A stretch of DNA of 63,358 bases, the filler included, from Folioceros fuciformis (lineage: Eukaryota): NCBI GenBank assembly GCA_049999805.1. It is 13 parts of 13 records of this genome, joined end to end, with 100 filler letters (N's around TTAATTAATTAA, not from the genome) between each part and the next. Parts side by side here need not be neighbours in the genome. Positions count along the whole stretch, not along the records: positions 9,538 to 19,408 come from JBNGIO010005664.1; positions 19,509 to 27,244 come from JBNGIO010005666.1; 11 more parts are not named here. One strand, given 5' to 3'. Position 1 is the stretch's first letter. Each line of letters starts with the position of its first letter. The notes under the pieces are model-generated. The model saw only the letters and a list, made by a program, of their open reading frames with translations. It did not search any database and was not told the origin of the DNA. Position numbers and translations under genes: made by a program. Shown here one piece after another: positions 12,510-25,616 of this stretch.

Positions 12510-15500
12510 CTCCCCCTCGCCGCGGACAAGGAGTGTGAAGGAGAACGCTCAGTCTCAACGGGATGTCTTGTTTGGTGCATGCTTGCGTACAGCTCCTTCT
12601 GTGCGTTCTTTCTGGTTTGTGATGGCTGCTTTAGCTCGTGAGTTGCATTATCCAGCTCATAAGCGAGGGAGTGGAGAGTCTCGAGCGGGCTGGAGCCTGA
12701 AGACCCAAGTTGGCGAAGGAGCAGCGCAAAGATGGTGTTGTGGCTATTTGTGTGCGGAAGGATGCGGCATGAGTGCTAAGAGGTTTAGGACTGCGACGAT
12801 ACTGCCTCTACCAGACCAGATGGTGCTGCCATTGCGAGTGCTCCCCCTATCTTTGACTGCTCGGCTGCCTCAAAATAAGTCTCTTTCTTGAGTAGGCCAA
12901 TGCCTTGCGTGTGTTTGAGATGGAGTTGCTTTGTGAGTCCTTTCATCAAGAGGTCAGCTATGTTCTCGGTTGTGCTCACATACTTGAGCTTGACGTGCTT
13001 GTTAGCCACCACTTGTCGGATAAAGTGGTGCTGGATCTCCACATGCTTCGTTCTTACATGCAGGATAGGGTTCAAGGTCATAGCGATTGCTGATTGGTTA
13101 TCGCATTGCAGCTCTGTGGGCTGTTCCTGATCTTCGTGTATGTCGTGCAGGAACTGGCGGATCCAAAGTATTTCTTTCGCAGCCAGGGATGTGGCAGCAT
13201 ACTCCGCCTTCGTCAATGACAAACACACTATCTGCATTTTCTTGCATGCCCAGGAGACAGCACTCATGTTTATCATCATACAATATGCAAAGGTGGACTT
13301 GCGAGCCCAATCTGCGTCTGAGAAAGAGGTTAGTAGGCACTTCTTGGTATTGGGATCGCTTCTGTATGCTATCCCAAATGATTTCATTCCCTTCAGGTAA
13401 TGTAGGATCCTCTTTACGTAGGTCCAGTGTGCGATGCCAGGGTTCAACAGATACCTCGACGTCACATTTACTGCTTGAGCGGTGTCTGGTCTCATCCAGA
13501 TAGACAGGTAAAGCAAGCTCCCTACAGCTTCACTGTAGGCACGTTCGCCATTTCTTCTGCTTGCTCGGGTGTTGTTGGAATGTCCAGGCTGACACCTTCT
13601 GTCCTGTGGCCATGGGAGTGGATACTGGCTTTGCGTCTTGCAGGTTGAACCTAGTGAGGAGTTGCTCAATGTAGTGCTCATGATGTATGAAGAAGGAGTG
13701 CTCATCCGTGTTCCTCTCGAACTGGACTCCTAGGGTTTAGGGTTCCCAGGGTGCCCATGTCAGCCACCTCATACTCTTTGGTGAGTAGGTTCTTAACATG
13801 TTGAATCAACAGTGGGTTAGTACCGAAGATGAAATTATCATCCACGTACAAGGTAACAATAACATACTTGTCTTTGTCCTTCCTTAGCGTGTAGATGCTT
13901 GAGTCAGCTGAGAGGGGTGTGAAGCCGCATTTCTTGAGGTACAGGTCACTATCTCGTTCCAGACCTGCGTCGATTGCTTGAGGCCATAGAGTGATTTTAA
14001 CAGCTTGCAGACCTTTCGATGGTCCTTGATGAATCCAGGCTGCTGCAACATGTATATCTCCTCATGTCAGGTTCCGTACAGGAAGGCTGTTTTGTTGTTG
14101 ACCTGATGAATGTCGAGTCTGTGTTGTGCAGCGAAGGCCAAGAGGATTCTAATTGATGTTGCCTTCAACACTAGACTGAAGAGCTTGCTTTCTTCATAGT
14201 CGAAGCCTGGGATTTGTGTGAATCCACGGGCTACCAGCCTCGCTTTGTGTCTTGAGACACTTCCATCAAGATCCAGCTTTCTTCGGAAGGTCCATTTGCA
14301 GGAGATAGGCTTTCTGCCATGTGGTAAATTAATGAGAATCCAAGTTTTATTAGAGATGAGTGAATCATACTCTGATTGCACTGCTGCCTTCCATTCAGGT
14401 ATGCTTAGGGCTTCTTCAATTGTTAGAGGAACTCCCTGCATTTTGATAGCTGAGTATGCCTTGTGAATGATGAAGTGCAGCTGATCCACTTGCTCATGAG
14501 TGTCTGTGGATGTAGGCTCTGCTAAAGGAGGAGTTCTGCCAATCATCGTGTCTCCAGGTGTGTAGGGAGGATCCTTCCACTCTTCTCTTGGTGGCCTGCT
14601 CCTCGAGGACCGCCTAAGGGTCTGTGCATCCTGAGGAAGAGGCTATGATGGAGCTAGATGGGCTACAGGTTGGTGGGGAATTACCTTTGGTGCTTACTGA
14701 TTTACCTGGTCTTGTGCTTGCTGATTTACCTGTTTGGGTGCTAACAGTTCGTCTTGTTTAGGTGGAGGAACCTCTTGATCTTGAAGAGATGAGGGGTGTC
14801 ATCATATGTGCCCTCCTCAAGGTCAAGAGGGGAAGGACCAGTCGTACCAGTGGTGGGAAGTGGTGAAGAAGTTGTGATACTGTGAAGGTAAGTGTGAAAA
14901 AATGTGAGATTCATTGAAATGCACACTGCAAGAGAGGGTTACCTCTCGGGTGGAAGGGTCGAAGAGTTTGTTGGCTTTGACCTGGTCTAAGTATCCTATG
15001 AACAGAAGCTTTTTGCCCTTGTCATCCCATTTTCTTCTAATGTCATCTAATATGTGGGCAAAAGCTGGGCTACCAAAGATCCGCAGGTGGGAGATATGAG
15101 GCTTGTGGCCAGTCCAACGCTCAAAAGGTGTGGTGTTTGGTAATTCCTTAGTGGGCAGATGGTTCTTCTGGTAGATAGCGATGGAAGCTGCTTCTGCCCA
15201 GTAGCCTCAGGAGAGGCCCGAAAGTTTAAGGAGGGACCTAGATATCTCGAGTATGGACCTATTGAGCCTTTCTGTGAATGGGTTCTATTGAGGTGTATGA
15301 GGTACTATGTACTACCTTGGGTTTTGCAAATTGCTGGAAATCATGACTGATGTATTCCCCCCCACGTTGTCTGTACGTAGGGTGGAGACTTGGAACCCAA
15401 TATGGCGTTCAGCTGACGAGACAAACTCCTGGAAGTGGGTAAGGGCCTCACTTTTGTATTTCAGGAAGAAGATGTAACAGTAGCGACTCCACTCATCAAG

Positions 15501-16334
15501 GAAGGTAATGAAGTACTGGTGCCCTCCGAAGGAAGTAGTGCTCAAAGGGCCGCAGATGTCGGAATGGATGACCTCTAAGAGTTTGCGGGCACGAGTTGGA
15601 TTTGTATTTGTGAAGGGGAGTTGGTTGAGTTTTGTGTATTGACATACTTCGCAGAAGAAGTATGAGGGGACCTTAAGTTTGACAGGGTCTCTGTACATAT
15701 CTGGGTTTGCAAGCTGATTTAAATATCGGGGGTTCATGTGTCCAGCTCTGCAGTGCTAGAGGAAAGACTCGTTGTGTGGGCTGTAGGATGTTCCATTGGC
15801 GAGGAGAGAGGAGAAGGACTGTATGTTCAGGAGATAGAGGTTGTTATAGGGAAGGCCATGAGCTAAGGCTGTGCTACCACGGTCACTTGAGTGATAAATA
15901 GTGCAGTGATTACCTTGGAAGATGATTACTAGGCTATGTTCTGTGGCAAGCTTCCTGACTGAGAGCAAGTTCTTTGTCATCGTGGGGACGTGGAGTACAC
16001 CATTGATGGTAAGTGTTTCTCCATTTAATAGTTTGAATTGAATGTCGCTGGTTCCTTTGATTGAGAGGGCGCTATTGTCTCCTAGCAAAACGTGCTGATC
16101 AGAATGCACGTCATGGTAGGTGTTGAACATGTCCTTACAGCTGCAGATGTGTGTTGTGGCTCCAGAGTCGAGGGACCATCTCGTCCTGTCTGTCCTTGTA
16201 AGCGCGAGGCACACGGCCAGGATGGAGTTTGTTGGAGTTGGCTTCACTGTAGTGAGGTGGGACTCAATTCTGGGTACGTCTCTCGTTGGCTCTCCATTTT
16301 GCTTCTTTCTGCATTCGTACTCAAAGTGGCCTGG
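12317..16334 (-). mobile_element. Ty1/Copia retrotransposon (end of gag to 3' LTR), decayed
   Basis: PGHFEYECRKK knuckle, WSLDSGATTH, HSDICGP, HKARLVARGF, DADWA, ADLLMKGL. PPT 12510-12518 and TG...CA LTR 12317-12509. Confidence 0.94.
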
Positions 16335-19300
16335 TATTTTAAAAACGTAGATGTGATCGACTAGAGAAGAAATTTTTAGAGAGCATTTTGATTAAAGTCG
16401 TGTGTCCTTTTAAGGTGTGTGAGGGACACCGATTCCAGGTGTCCCGTGAAAGTGACGGTTAGGATTTTGGGACACGACCCTCAAACGTAGCTATTTAAAT
16501 CTAATGTTTCGATTTAATGCATTAATAAATGCTGGCTATTAATTTAAGTTATGCAACCCTAATTACTTTAATTTCTTTACTCCCACTTAGCCTGCATTCA
16601 CTCTTAGTAACTCGGCATATTTACTGGTACAGTCGGCTAGATTGTTGCGCGGCCGTGAAACAAAGCCGTCCTTGCGCTGAGCTTGAAACGTTTCTCTCGA
16701 TGATCTCCTACTGTTAACTTGCCTCCTGTGCCGAAGGCGTCCATGCAAAGTTTGTGCTGGCTTCTGGCAGCTGTATTCCCTTGAAGAAGAGATGGAGATA
16801 GCTCACACAAGGTTGCGATCAATCAGAGACTGCCACGGCTCGTCGCTGATGCTCCCTAGAGGTTTTCTCCCAAATTGCATGGATCGATTCATATACGCTG
16901 AAGTGATTTCACCGATGAAGGCCGCCTCATCTTGAGATATGGTAGATTGGCGCTCCAGGCTGACTCCCACTGCAACAAGAAATAAAAAAAAATTGCGCTA
17001 TTTGCTAACCGACTGCTTATGTGGTGGCAGAACACTAGTGGCCATGTGCAACAGAGATGCCACTGCGCCGATTCCAGCCGAGCTAAGGATTCCTGCAAGC
17101 ATAGGGGTTAGACTGCCCTTGAGGCAATACTGCTCACGCTTCTGGGTTGGCTGTTAAGCCCATTGCCTTGGAGAACTTATTGTGTTTGTCTCTTGGCAAG
17201 GCTTTAGTTAGAAGATCAGCCACATTGTTGTCCGTTGGGACATACTGCAGGGTTGCTTGGCCTTCATAGATGACTTGGCGTATGAAGTGAAGTTTTATCT
17301 CGATATGTTTTGTCCTCGCATGCATGATAGGATTTTTCGCCAAGGCTATGGCCGATTGATTGTCACTGAGGAGTAGGGTTGGTGCTGCTTGTGTCTCTCC
17401 CAAGGATGCAAGCAGTTCTCGGCTATGAATTATGTCTTGGGCTGCCGTCGTTGTGGCAATGTACTCTGCCTCCGTTGAGGAGAGAGCAACCACTTGTTGC
17501 TTTTTGCTATGCCATGTTATTACAGTTGAGTTCCATTCATCCTTTCCTAACATCAGGCAGTGTGCAGAGATAGACTTCCTACTGTCGGAATCAGAGGCCC
17601 AATCACAGGTGAGAACGTCTCATTGTAGTCAAGGCCCTCGACTTGGCTGTAGCCTCGTGCCACTAATCTTGCCTTAAATTGAGCCACAGCTCCTTCAGCA
17701 TTAAGTTTACGCTTGAAGACCCATTTGCAGGTCACTGCTTTGCGTCTAGGTGGTAAGTCTTCCAGCACCCATGTTTTATTGTCCACAAGTGATTTGTATT
17801 CAGACTGAGTTGCTTCCTTCCACTTTTCTCCATCAGGTGAGTTGAGGGCAGCTTGGTAATTGGGTGGATCTCCCATATCCAGAGGAGCACCATCATCTTG
17901 CACAAGGAAGGTTTGTGGTGAGTAGGGAGGCTGAATCCATTCGGATGGGGAAGTGGTGTGCCTCCTTGTTCCCAAATCCGTCCCTCTGCGCAATGTTATT
18001 GGTGGTGCACTGTGTATGAGAGGTTCCTCTGTGACAGGGATCAAGTTGCCATGTGTGTCACCTTCGTGTCTAGCTGACCCCACCTCGTTTTGGCTTTCCA
18101 GGTCATCATCAGGAAACATGGTTGGTTCGTCACTTACCCCTGATGGTATTTGGGCTGACTGGTCAGGTGGTGACTGTACATGTGCTGACTGGACACGAGG
18201 GTATGAAAAAGATCTATAATCATCTTCTTCATCTGCAGGTGGCTCGCTTGAGGAGGCTTCTTCTCTAAACCTATCTGCGGGTGCTGAGGTAAGAAGAAGC
18301 TTCTCATTAAATATGACACTACGTGCATGTGTAGTGGTTCTTGTGTTGGGGTCAAAGAGCTTATAACCTTTTATCCCCTCTGTATACCCAATGAAGAGGT
18401 ACTTCCTTGCCTTATAGTCTAATTTGACTCGCTGGTCTTCAGATAGATGTGCATAGGCAGGAGCTCCAAAAATTCGGAGATGATGAATACGTGGCTTGTG
18501 TGCTGTCCATCTTTCATATGGAGTGGCACCTTCAAACACACTAGTTGGCAGCCTATTGATAATATAGGCTGCTGTAGCCACAGCCTCGCCCCAATATCCT
18601 CTTGAAAGACCAGCTAGCTTGAGCATGGATTTGGCAGTCTCTTGGAGTCGGCGGTTGTTCAGCTCAGCAATCGGATTCTGCGATGATGTATACGGTACAG
18701 TAAGTTGGCGTGAGATCCCCAACTCCTTGCAGTAATCTGAAAATGCGTCTGAGCAATATTCGCCACCGTTGTCACTGCTCCAATCATCAATGAATGACAA
18801 TATATATTTGGTGCCTCCAAAAGGTGGATGTGGACATAGGCCCACAAAGGTCAGAATGAACAAGTTCTAATAACTTAGTTGCTCGTGTTGGGTTAGAATC
18901 TTTGTAGGGGAGCCTATGATGCTTCCCGAATACGCAAGCTTCGCAAAACTGCTTGTCTGCGACTTGGAGCATAAATTTCTCTCGATAGAGGGTGTTGCTG
19001 GCCACCATAGCTTTTAGTTTGTCAAAGTTCACATGCCCCAACCGGCAATGCCATAGCATGGCATCATACTGATGTTGAGAGGCCTTGGTGACATGCACTT
19101 GGGGTTGGCACAGCTTAGAAGAGAAATCTAACTTGTAGATGTCGTTGACTGGTGTGCTCGTAGCCCTAACGTTGCCCTTGAACTTGGGGTCTGAGATAAC
19201 GCAAGTGGTGCCACTAAAGGCTGTATCCAGGCCTGTCTCTATAGAGAATTTGAGCAGGGCAACTAAGTTTTTGACCATTGTAGGGACATGAAGTACATCT

Positions 19301-19408
19301 TGGAGGTAAAGGGTGGATTTGTCAGCTAATAGAAGAGTAATTGTCCCTATTCCTGCAATAGGACTGCCTCTATCATCACCCATAAGCACAACCTTACCTG
19401 GTGGTATT
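16335..19408 (-). mobile_element. Ty1/Copia retrotransposon with internal deletions (PR-IN-partial RT-RH, 3' LTR)
   Basis: LWHCRLGH, HSDLCGP, SDNGGEY, FKARLVARGY, ADLLTKAL. PPT 16580-16590, LTR about 16335-16579. Inserted into the gag of the previous element. Confidence 0.92.
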
Positions 19409-19508
19409 NNNNNNNNNNNNNNNNNNNNNNNNNNNNNNNNNNNNNNNNNNNNTTAATTAATTAANNNNNNNNNNNNNNNNNNNNNNNNNNNNNNNNNNNN
19501 NNNNNNNN

Positions 19509-21404
19509 TCTCTGGAATACTTAGTTCTGCATTGTCATCTTCAACTGCAACAATTTCTAGAGGTGCATCCGTTTCTTCAACTGCAATGACAGCAGGAGTG
19601 TCTTTCTTTACCCCCTCTATGTCAGAAAGTTGAGAAGGTGCAATAGGCAATGGGGTAAATTGTCTAAGGCTGTTATGAGCGTTAGAATCCCTGGTGTGGT
19701 TTGTGTCAAACGACAGGGAATCTTGCAAGATGAAGGGTGAGGAAGTGGTGTCTCCCATTCCACTAGTAGGTTCGGCGACCTCATGAAAAACAACATCTCG
19801 GCTAAAAAGTATCTTCTTTGTGGTAGGATTGTATAATCGGTAACCTTTAACCTCATTAAAATAACCAAATATAAGGCATTTGATGCCATGTGGATCCCAC
19901 TTGGTCTAGTTGGCCTTCGGAACATGAGCGGAGTGGATCCAAAGATCCGTAGATGACTGATGTCAGGTTTTATGCCGGACCATGCTTCCTCGAGAGTCAT
20001 GTTGGGTACAGCCTTTATTGGAACTTTGTTGAACACATAGGTTGCTGTCATAATAGCCTCTCCCCAAAAACAAATTGGCAAGGCATTTTGATGGAGCATG
20101 CACTTAGCGCTTTCGACAAGGCTCCGTATCTTGTGCTCTGCCACTCCATTCTGTTGAGGCGTGTGCGAAATTGGGAGTTGCCGTTTGATGCCGTTCTCCT
20201 TGCAAAAACTCTGGAACGAAGAAGAGACATATTCTCCCCCATTGTCGCTATGAAGTGTCTGCAAGCGCTCATCACGTTCTTTCTCAACCAAAGCTTTCCA
20301 CTCCTTAAACATTTGGAACACCTGAGATTTCTCCTTCAAGAGGCAAGTCCATACGTTTCATGTGAAATTGTCGACAAAGATGAGAATACAGCGGGCGCCA
20401 TCCTCAATAGGGTTTTTCGTTGGCCCGCACACATCAGTATGCACTAGCTCTAGTGCCTTGTGCGCTCGATGCACAGTAATTTTAGGAAACTTGGTGCGAT
20501 GTAGCTTCCCCATCATACATCCTTGACATAATTGTGTCTCATTGATCTCCTTCAAATCCAATCCCATCACCATATGGTGGGTTTTCATCAACTTGAGCCT
20601 GTCAACTCCGATATGCCCCAAACACTAATGCCATAAATCAACAGATACGATACAATCTTGTGAACTAGTTATAGATGTACAAGTTTGCTTTCCCATAGAA
20701 GCACATAATTTGTACAGGTTTCCCACACGAACACCATGAGCAATGATTGAATTGTGAGGTGACTCAAGTTGGACAAGTTGAATGCGACAACCTTGAGAAT
20801 TGACAATGACCTCATGACCTGTATCTGTAATCTTAGCGACAGAAAGAAGATTTCTTGTGAGATTAGGCACATAATACACATCTTGAATTTGTGCAGAGGT
20901 TCTACTCTACAATTGGATTTGTAAAGAACCTTTTCCCTTGATGTCTTGTAACGTATTATCACCCAATGCCACAATATGACCCGTCGGGAGTTGTGCATAA
21001 CTAGTAAACCAAGGAAGGTTATAGCTGAAATGTTGAGTTGCGCCAGATTCAAGATAAAGACTCTCATCCTTCTTTGATGAGTTGGCATGATCTCCATTCA
21101 TAAAGCACATAAATGTCTGTTCATGTTGGATCTTATCACTAACTTGATTAGCTTAAGATTATTTCTCCTTCTTCAAGTCTGCCAACCTAGTTTTACATTC
21201 TTTTGCATGATGACCTGGCTTCCTGCAATAATAGTAGGATCCTTTCACCTTACTTTTTGTGCTTGTATCCTTCGTCTCGTCTGTAGATTTGGGTTGCATG
21301 CCCTTATGGCACGGTGCACTCTTCTTGGAGAAAAATAACGAGGCTTCGCCCCCCTATGCCTAGGAAGCATTATGAAGTTCCTCCTGCAAGAGGATTGCAA
21401 CCGC
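19509..21404 (-). mobile_element. Ty1/Copia fragment (end of gag, PR, IN), decayed
   Basis: AILLQEE (gag), YLESGATQH, HTDVCGP, HSDNGGEY, PQQNGVAEH. gag stops abruptly at 21404 where the next element begins. Confidence 0.92.
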
Positions 21405-22128
21405 TGTCGTGGCACCAGACTTGTTTTACAAGAATATATGTAGTAGCCTAGAGGTAGGCTGGCTATATATGTGATTTTGGCCATTAGGAAATAGCTATTA
21501 ATTAGCTTACCCCATATGAAGCTATTTAGCTAACATTATCAGGATAGGTTATTAGGCCATTTAGGTCATTTCTAGAACCATGGCTGCAAACCTGGCAGGT
21601 GGCTCGTGGGCTACATCATGCAGCCCGCTGCTGCAACGGCCAAAGGATCACGTAAGGTGGTGGCCTTATCACCCCGAGAGGGAGGTGCTAGCTCATGATG
21701 GCTGCCAAGACCTCAAGACTGGCGATGGCAAATGCAACAACCAATTGTCGAAGTCAGTGGAAAGGGAATGTTGCTGAATTTTTGATGGGAATGCAAGGTT
21801 TTGGTGTGCATGTGGCTCAGAACGATTGCAATGTGTGTGGGTGCTGCGGCAGGTCACGGATTTACCAACTCACGGCAGCCCGTGGAGGGCAACCCTTTTG
21901 ATTCGTATTTGCACCGAAGTGCGCCACAGCACATGTGAGCGCTATTGGCTTGTCTACTTTGACAACTGCTTTCAATTGCTGGAGCTCACGTGTGAGTGAG
22001 TTCCTCAGCCAGATTTTTTGAGTCCTCGCATGTGAGTGAGGTCTCTGCCAAGTTTGCTTAGTGTCTGGAGGTCATGTATCCAAGGGCGAGTGAGCTAGTG
22101 GAGGCGGCCGTGCAACTCTAGCAAGACA
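21405..22128 (+). repeat. Putative 5' LTR of the DNMT-bearing element
   Basis: TGTCGTGG...GCAAGACA imperfect inverted termini, TATATAT at about 21464. The right boundary is uncertain because there is no second LTR to compare. Confidence 0.45.
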
Positions 22129-22596
22129 GCATCCCCCACACGCCTTGATTGTGCCGCGGAAGCAGCTGCATTTCATGTGCATCAAGCTGCCCAAGTCTTC
22201 CAGCGTTCATAGCGCTCGCCCTAGTGGTTAGTTGCCGCCGATTTTTATACCAGAGTGTTTGCCTTGTTGAGATAAATCTATTGGTACCATTTTTTTTGTC
22301 TACTTCTGAGTGCAATCCAAGGACTAAATGCCTTAGAGAGGTTGGGCACTTAGGGTTCAGTTGGGGAAATTGGCTATTTGCAGCCATCACTTCCCTTGTT
22401 GCAGCATAGGTGCTAGGATAGTGATCTTCTAGGTCCCTTTTGCTTAATGAGGAGAAGGATCAGAGTTGCAACGTTGGTGTGTTCAGGAATTTTGCGTTTC
22501 ACATTGATTCTGTGGCTGGGGTTTTTTTCTTTCTCGGAGGCTGCCTTGCAGCACTTGCTTACCTTGCTGGTGGCTGATCTCTGGCGTGCTGTCTAC

Positions 22597-24392
22597 ATGG
22601 GCAATGCTCTCTGACAAGGGGGAGGTAGCCCACACTATCAACTGAGGACAAGGGACGTGCCAGCCAGGGTCTTTGCAAGGAGGAGGTGGCCAGCACAACG
22701 GCAACGGCTGTCTCTAGGAGGAGACCCAGTGGGAGCAAATCCTGGTGCTGAGCAGCTACAACCTACTGCAGACACAAGTTGGTCCCCTTTTGCTAACCGG
22801 GCCCCCGATCCAGTTGCACTAGATTTTGGTGACTTCAGGCAGGATAGTGGAGGCCAGGGTGCTGACCATTCATTGGTGATTTCAACAGCACAAGGAGGAT
22901 AGACTAAAGCTGACCTCTTGGAGGGATCTGATACCATGGAGTCAAGACCATCAAGTAGGCACGAAAAATTCTCAGGTAGGCTTGGGACTATGTCGTTGAG
23001 AGATTTCCGCCTACGTGTAAGTAAGGCAATCAACCGGGTGAAGTTCAAGCACAGTGCGTTGTACAATCACATGTACATGTTTGAACAACTATTTGCCTAC
23101 ATGGCTAATGAGGCATTGGATTTGTACGAGGCTCACCAAGCAGATTTGACTGCCACGGTGCATACCTTGAACCCTTTGCACCAGGGGGCGCTGCAGCTAG
23201 CCTATAATGCCAAGTTGTAGGCCGCCATTACAGCTCATCAACAGGCCATTGCTAATGGCATTGTTGCTGCCACCGTGCAGCCTCCTACAGTGGTGAGCCC
23301 CCTCACCCCAGCGGAGAGGACAACAGAAACACAGGGGATTGATGAGTTCATCCAGACTCCCAAGCATGCAAACCCCGTGGAGGAGTTTCTGAAGATTCTG
23401 GAAAAGGTCTTTCCCCTCAAAACTCCAGAGAAAATCGCTGAGTTCGCTACTTTGCGAGGAAGAAAGGGGAGACAGTCCAGATGTGCTTCCGTAGGCTGCA
23501 AAAGCTACGTGAGGGTACTGGCATGTTGACGGATTAGGAGGCAGCGGAGAAGTTCTTAGTTGCCCTGGAGGCTGATTCTCTTTTTCACTTCCAGCTTGTG
23601 TCCTCCTTGGTGGACAAATATGGTGATAACTACACCTTGGAGCAAGTGCATGAAGAGGAGGAGAAGAAGGAGATCGCCTACTCGGTGTTCTCCTCCAAGC
23701 ATGCCAAGTCCTTCCATCACTACCAGTCCATGTTCACCAACAAGGGGTCAACCACGCATGGGGGAGCTTCCTCAAGGGCAGGGCCAGCTAAGCCAGCCAA
23801 GGCAGGGGCAGCAGCTACTACAGCAGTAGCAGCACCTGTGGCAGCCTTATGCAATTACTGTGGCAGTCCAGAGCACTTGTCCACTGCATGCAAGTGTCCA
23901 TCGGAGGGTTTGTTCTGCACTCACTGCCAGAAGAACGGTCATGTTGTCACGGTCTGCTTCCAAAAACATCTGAAGAGACGGTATCAGAAGGCAAAGGCTG
24001 AGGCTAGTGGGACAGCAGTGGCACCTACAGCTGCTGCTGCTGGAACAACAGGGCCTTCACAAAGCAAACAGCAACGTGACAAGGCCAAGGCCAAGAATAT
24101 TGCCAATGCTGAGAAGGTCACAACTTTGGAGGCACAAATGGCAGCATTGGCCACGCAGGTGGCCAATCTCTCTAGTGCTGGAGGAGCCAAACCGGTTGCA
24201 GTAGTAGAACTTGTTGCAGTACCTGAAGGAGAGGACTACGGCCTGCCACATCAGGTCTTCATAGCGGATAAGGCACCAAGTGATAGCCAACAGGGATTTG
24301 TTGTGATGCCGACCTGCTGGGTGGGGCATGTGCTCCCAAATACCACGCTGGACATTACATTTGCAGCTACTAGACCTGTCACTAGGCAATGA
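22597..24392 (+). pseudogene. gag: Gypsy-like gag with two zinc knuckles
   Basis: ATG 22597 is in frame with ORFs 22657, 22918 and 23275. One frameshift at about 23460 leads into 23598-24392 with CNYCGSPEHLSTAC and CTHCQKNGHVVTVC. Confidence 0.8.
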
Positions 24393-24797
24393 CGGGCGAG
24401 GGCAGTGATGCCTCAATCCTATGTGCCATTGCCGCCAAGTTCTGCCATTCCGATTTGGGGGCAGAGCCATTCTTCATCCAGGTCCGAGCCAAGTGGATCA
24501 GCCCCTCAAAGGGGCCAGGGCATATCACATGCGGAAAAATTGTACTTGTTTCCACAGGCTGTCACTGCTGAACAGGTGGCTAAGAGGCTCACAGAGATCC
24601 CCCTCTTCACTCTCCAGGAGCTTGGACTTACACCCAACCGGCTGCAGCAAATGATGTAGACACTAGAAGTTGTGGCCACATGCAATGAGCTCGATCCTGT
24701 GGTTGCTCATGCCCGATTGTGGGAACTCCCACCAAACAGATCGTCACACTATGACAGCAGCCTTCAGCCCATGGAGTAGCCATGAATACATTCCGGC

Positions 24798-25277
24798 TTG
24801 CTGGAAGGAGTGTGCAATGTACAGGTGGCAGGCCAAGTTGGTGACAGCCCACGAGAAAAGCCCACCAACAGGCTCAACACCCGGGTTAGCAACGCTATTG
24901 TTGATAATCGAGCAGGGCACGTGATAGTGAATGGTTATGCACCCAGGGTAGTGCTGCTTGACACAAGTGCACAGCCAGTCATAATCGGCACAGTGCTGGC
25001 AGCCGGGCTGCATCTGAAGGGTGATGCTCTCCGCACATCACCCTGGAACATCAGGACTGCTTCCGGGGCAATTGAGCCAGTGTATGGGGAAACCATCCAA
25101 CCGGTGGATATTACCCTTAACACGGGCATGCCAGATGAGATGACCTTGTCATTGCCCTGTCTTATGACCACAGCCACCAACTATGATGTCTTGTTGGGTC
25201 AAGAATTTTTGTACCCACCAGGCATTGGCGTGGACAACTCGACGAAACAAGCCTTTTACAAGCCTTATTGGAGGTAG
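24798..25277 (+). pseudogene. Retroviral-type aspartic protease
   Basis: VLLDTSAQPVII (D-T-G/S-A), flap-like IRTASG, and C-terminal YDVLLGQEFL. Confidence 0.85.
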
Positions 25278-25616
25278 GGGGGGCTCCGTATGGCGCATCT
25301 GCCACTGGACCTTCATGGTAAAACAGTTGCTGATGTGGCCTCACTTGTAGCCTGCCAAATGGTTTGTGACATTCAGTCTTGCAACCTGGGCGAGCTATTG
25401 AGGGACACTACCCATGTAGAACGGCAGCTGGAGTCTGCAGCTGATGAGGATTCACTTGGCAGTGGTAGCACTTTGTCTCAAGCCATGGCTCATCCAGACT
25501 ACCCTGCTGAGGTGGCTACACGTTTGCATAATGCCAAGGCTCAATTGCAACGTGTCCAGAGCCTTGTGGCTACAGGGTTGGTGAATCCCACATAGGACAA
25601 GCTGCTAAACTGCACT

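Noticed and set aside
16335-16579. TA...TA non-canonical LTR ends (also TA at 4707)
   Set aside because: Explicable by single C-to-T or G-to-A changes; a related PPT at 38759-38767 is followed by TG.
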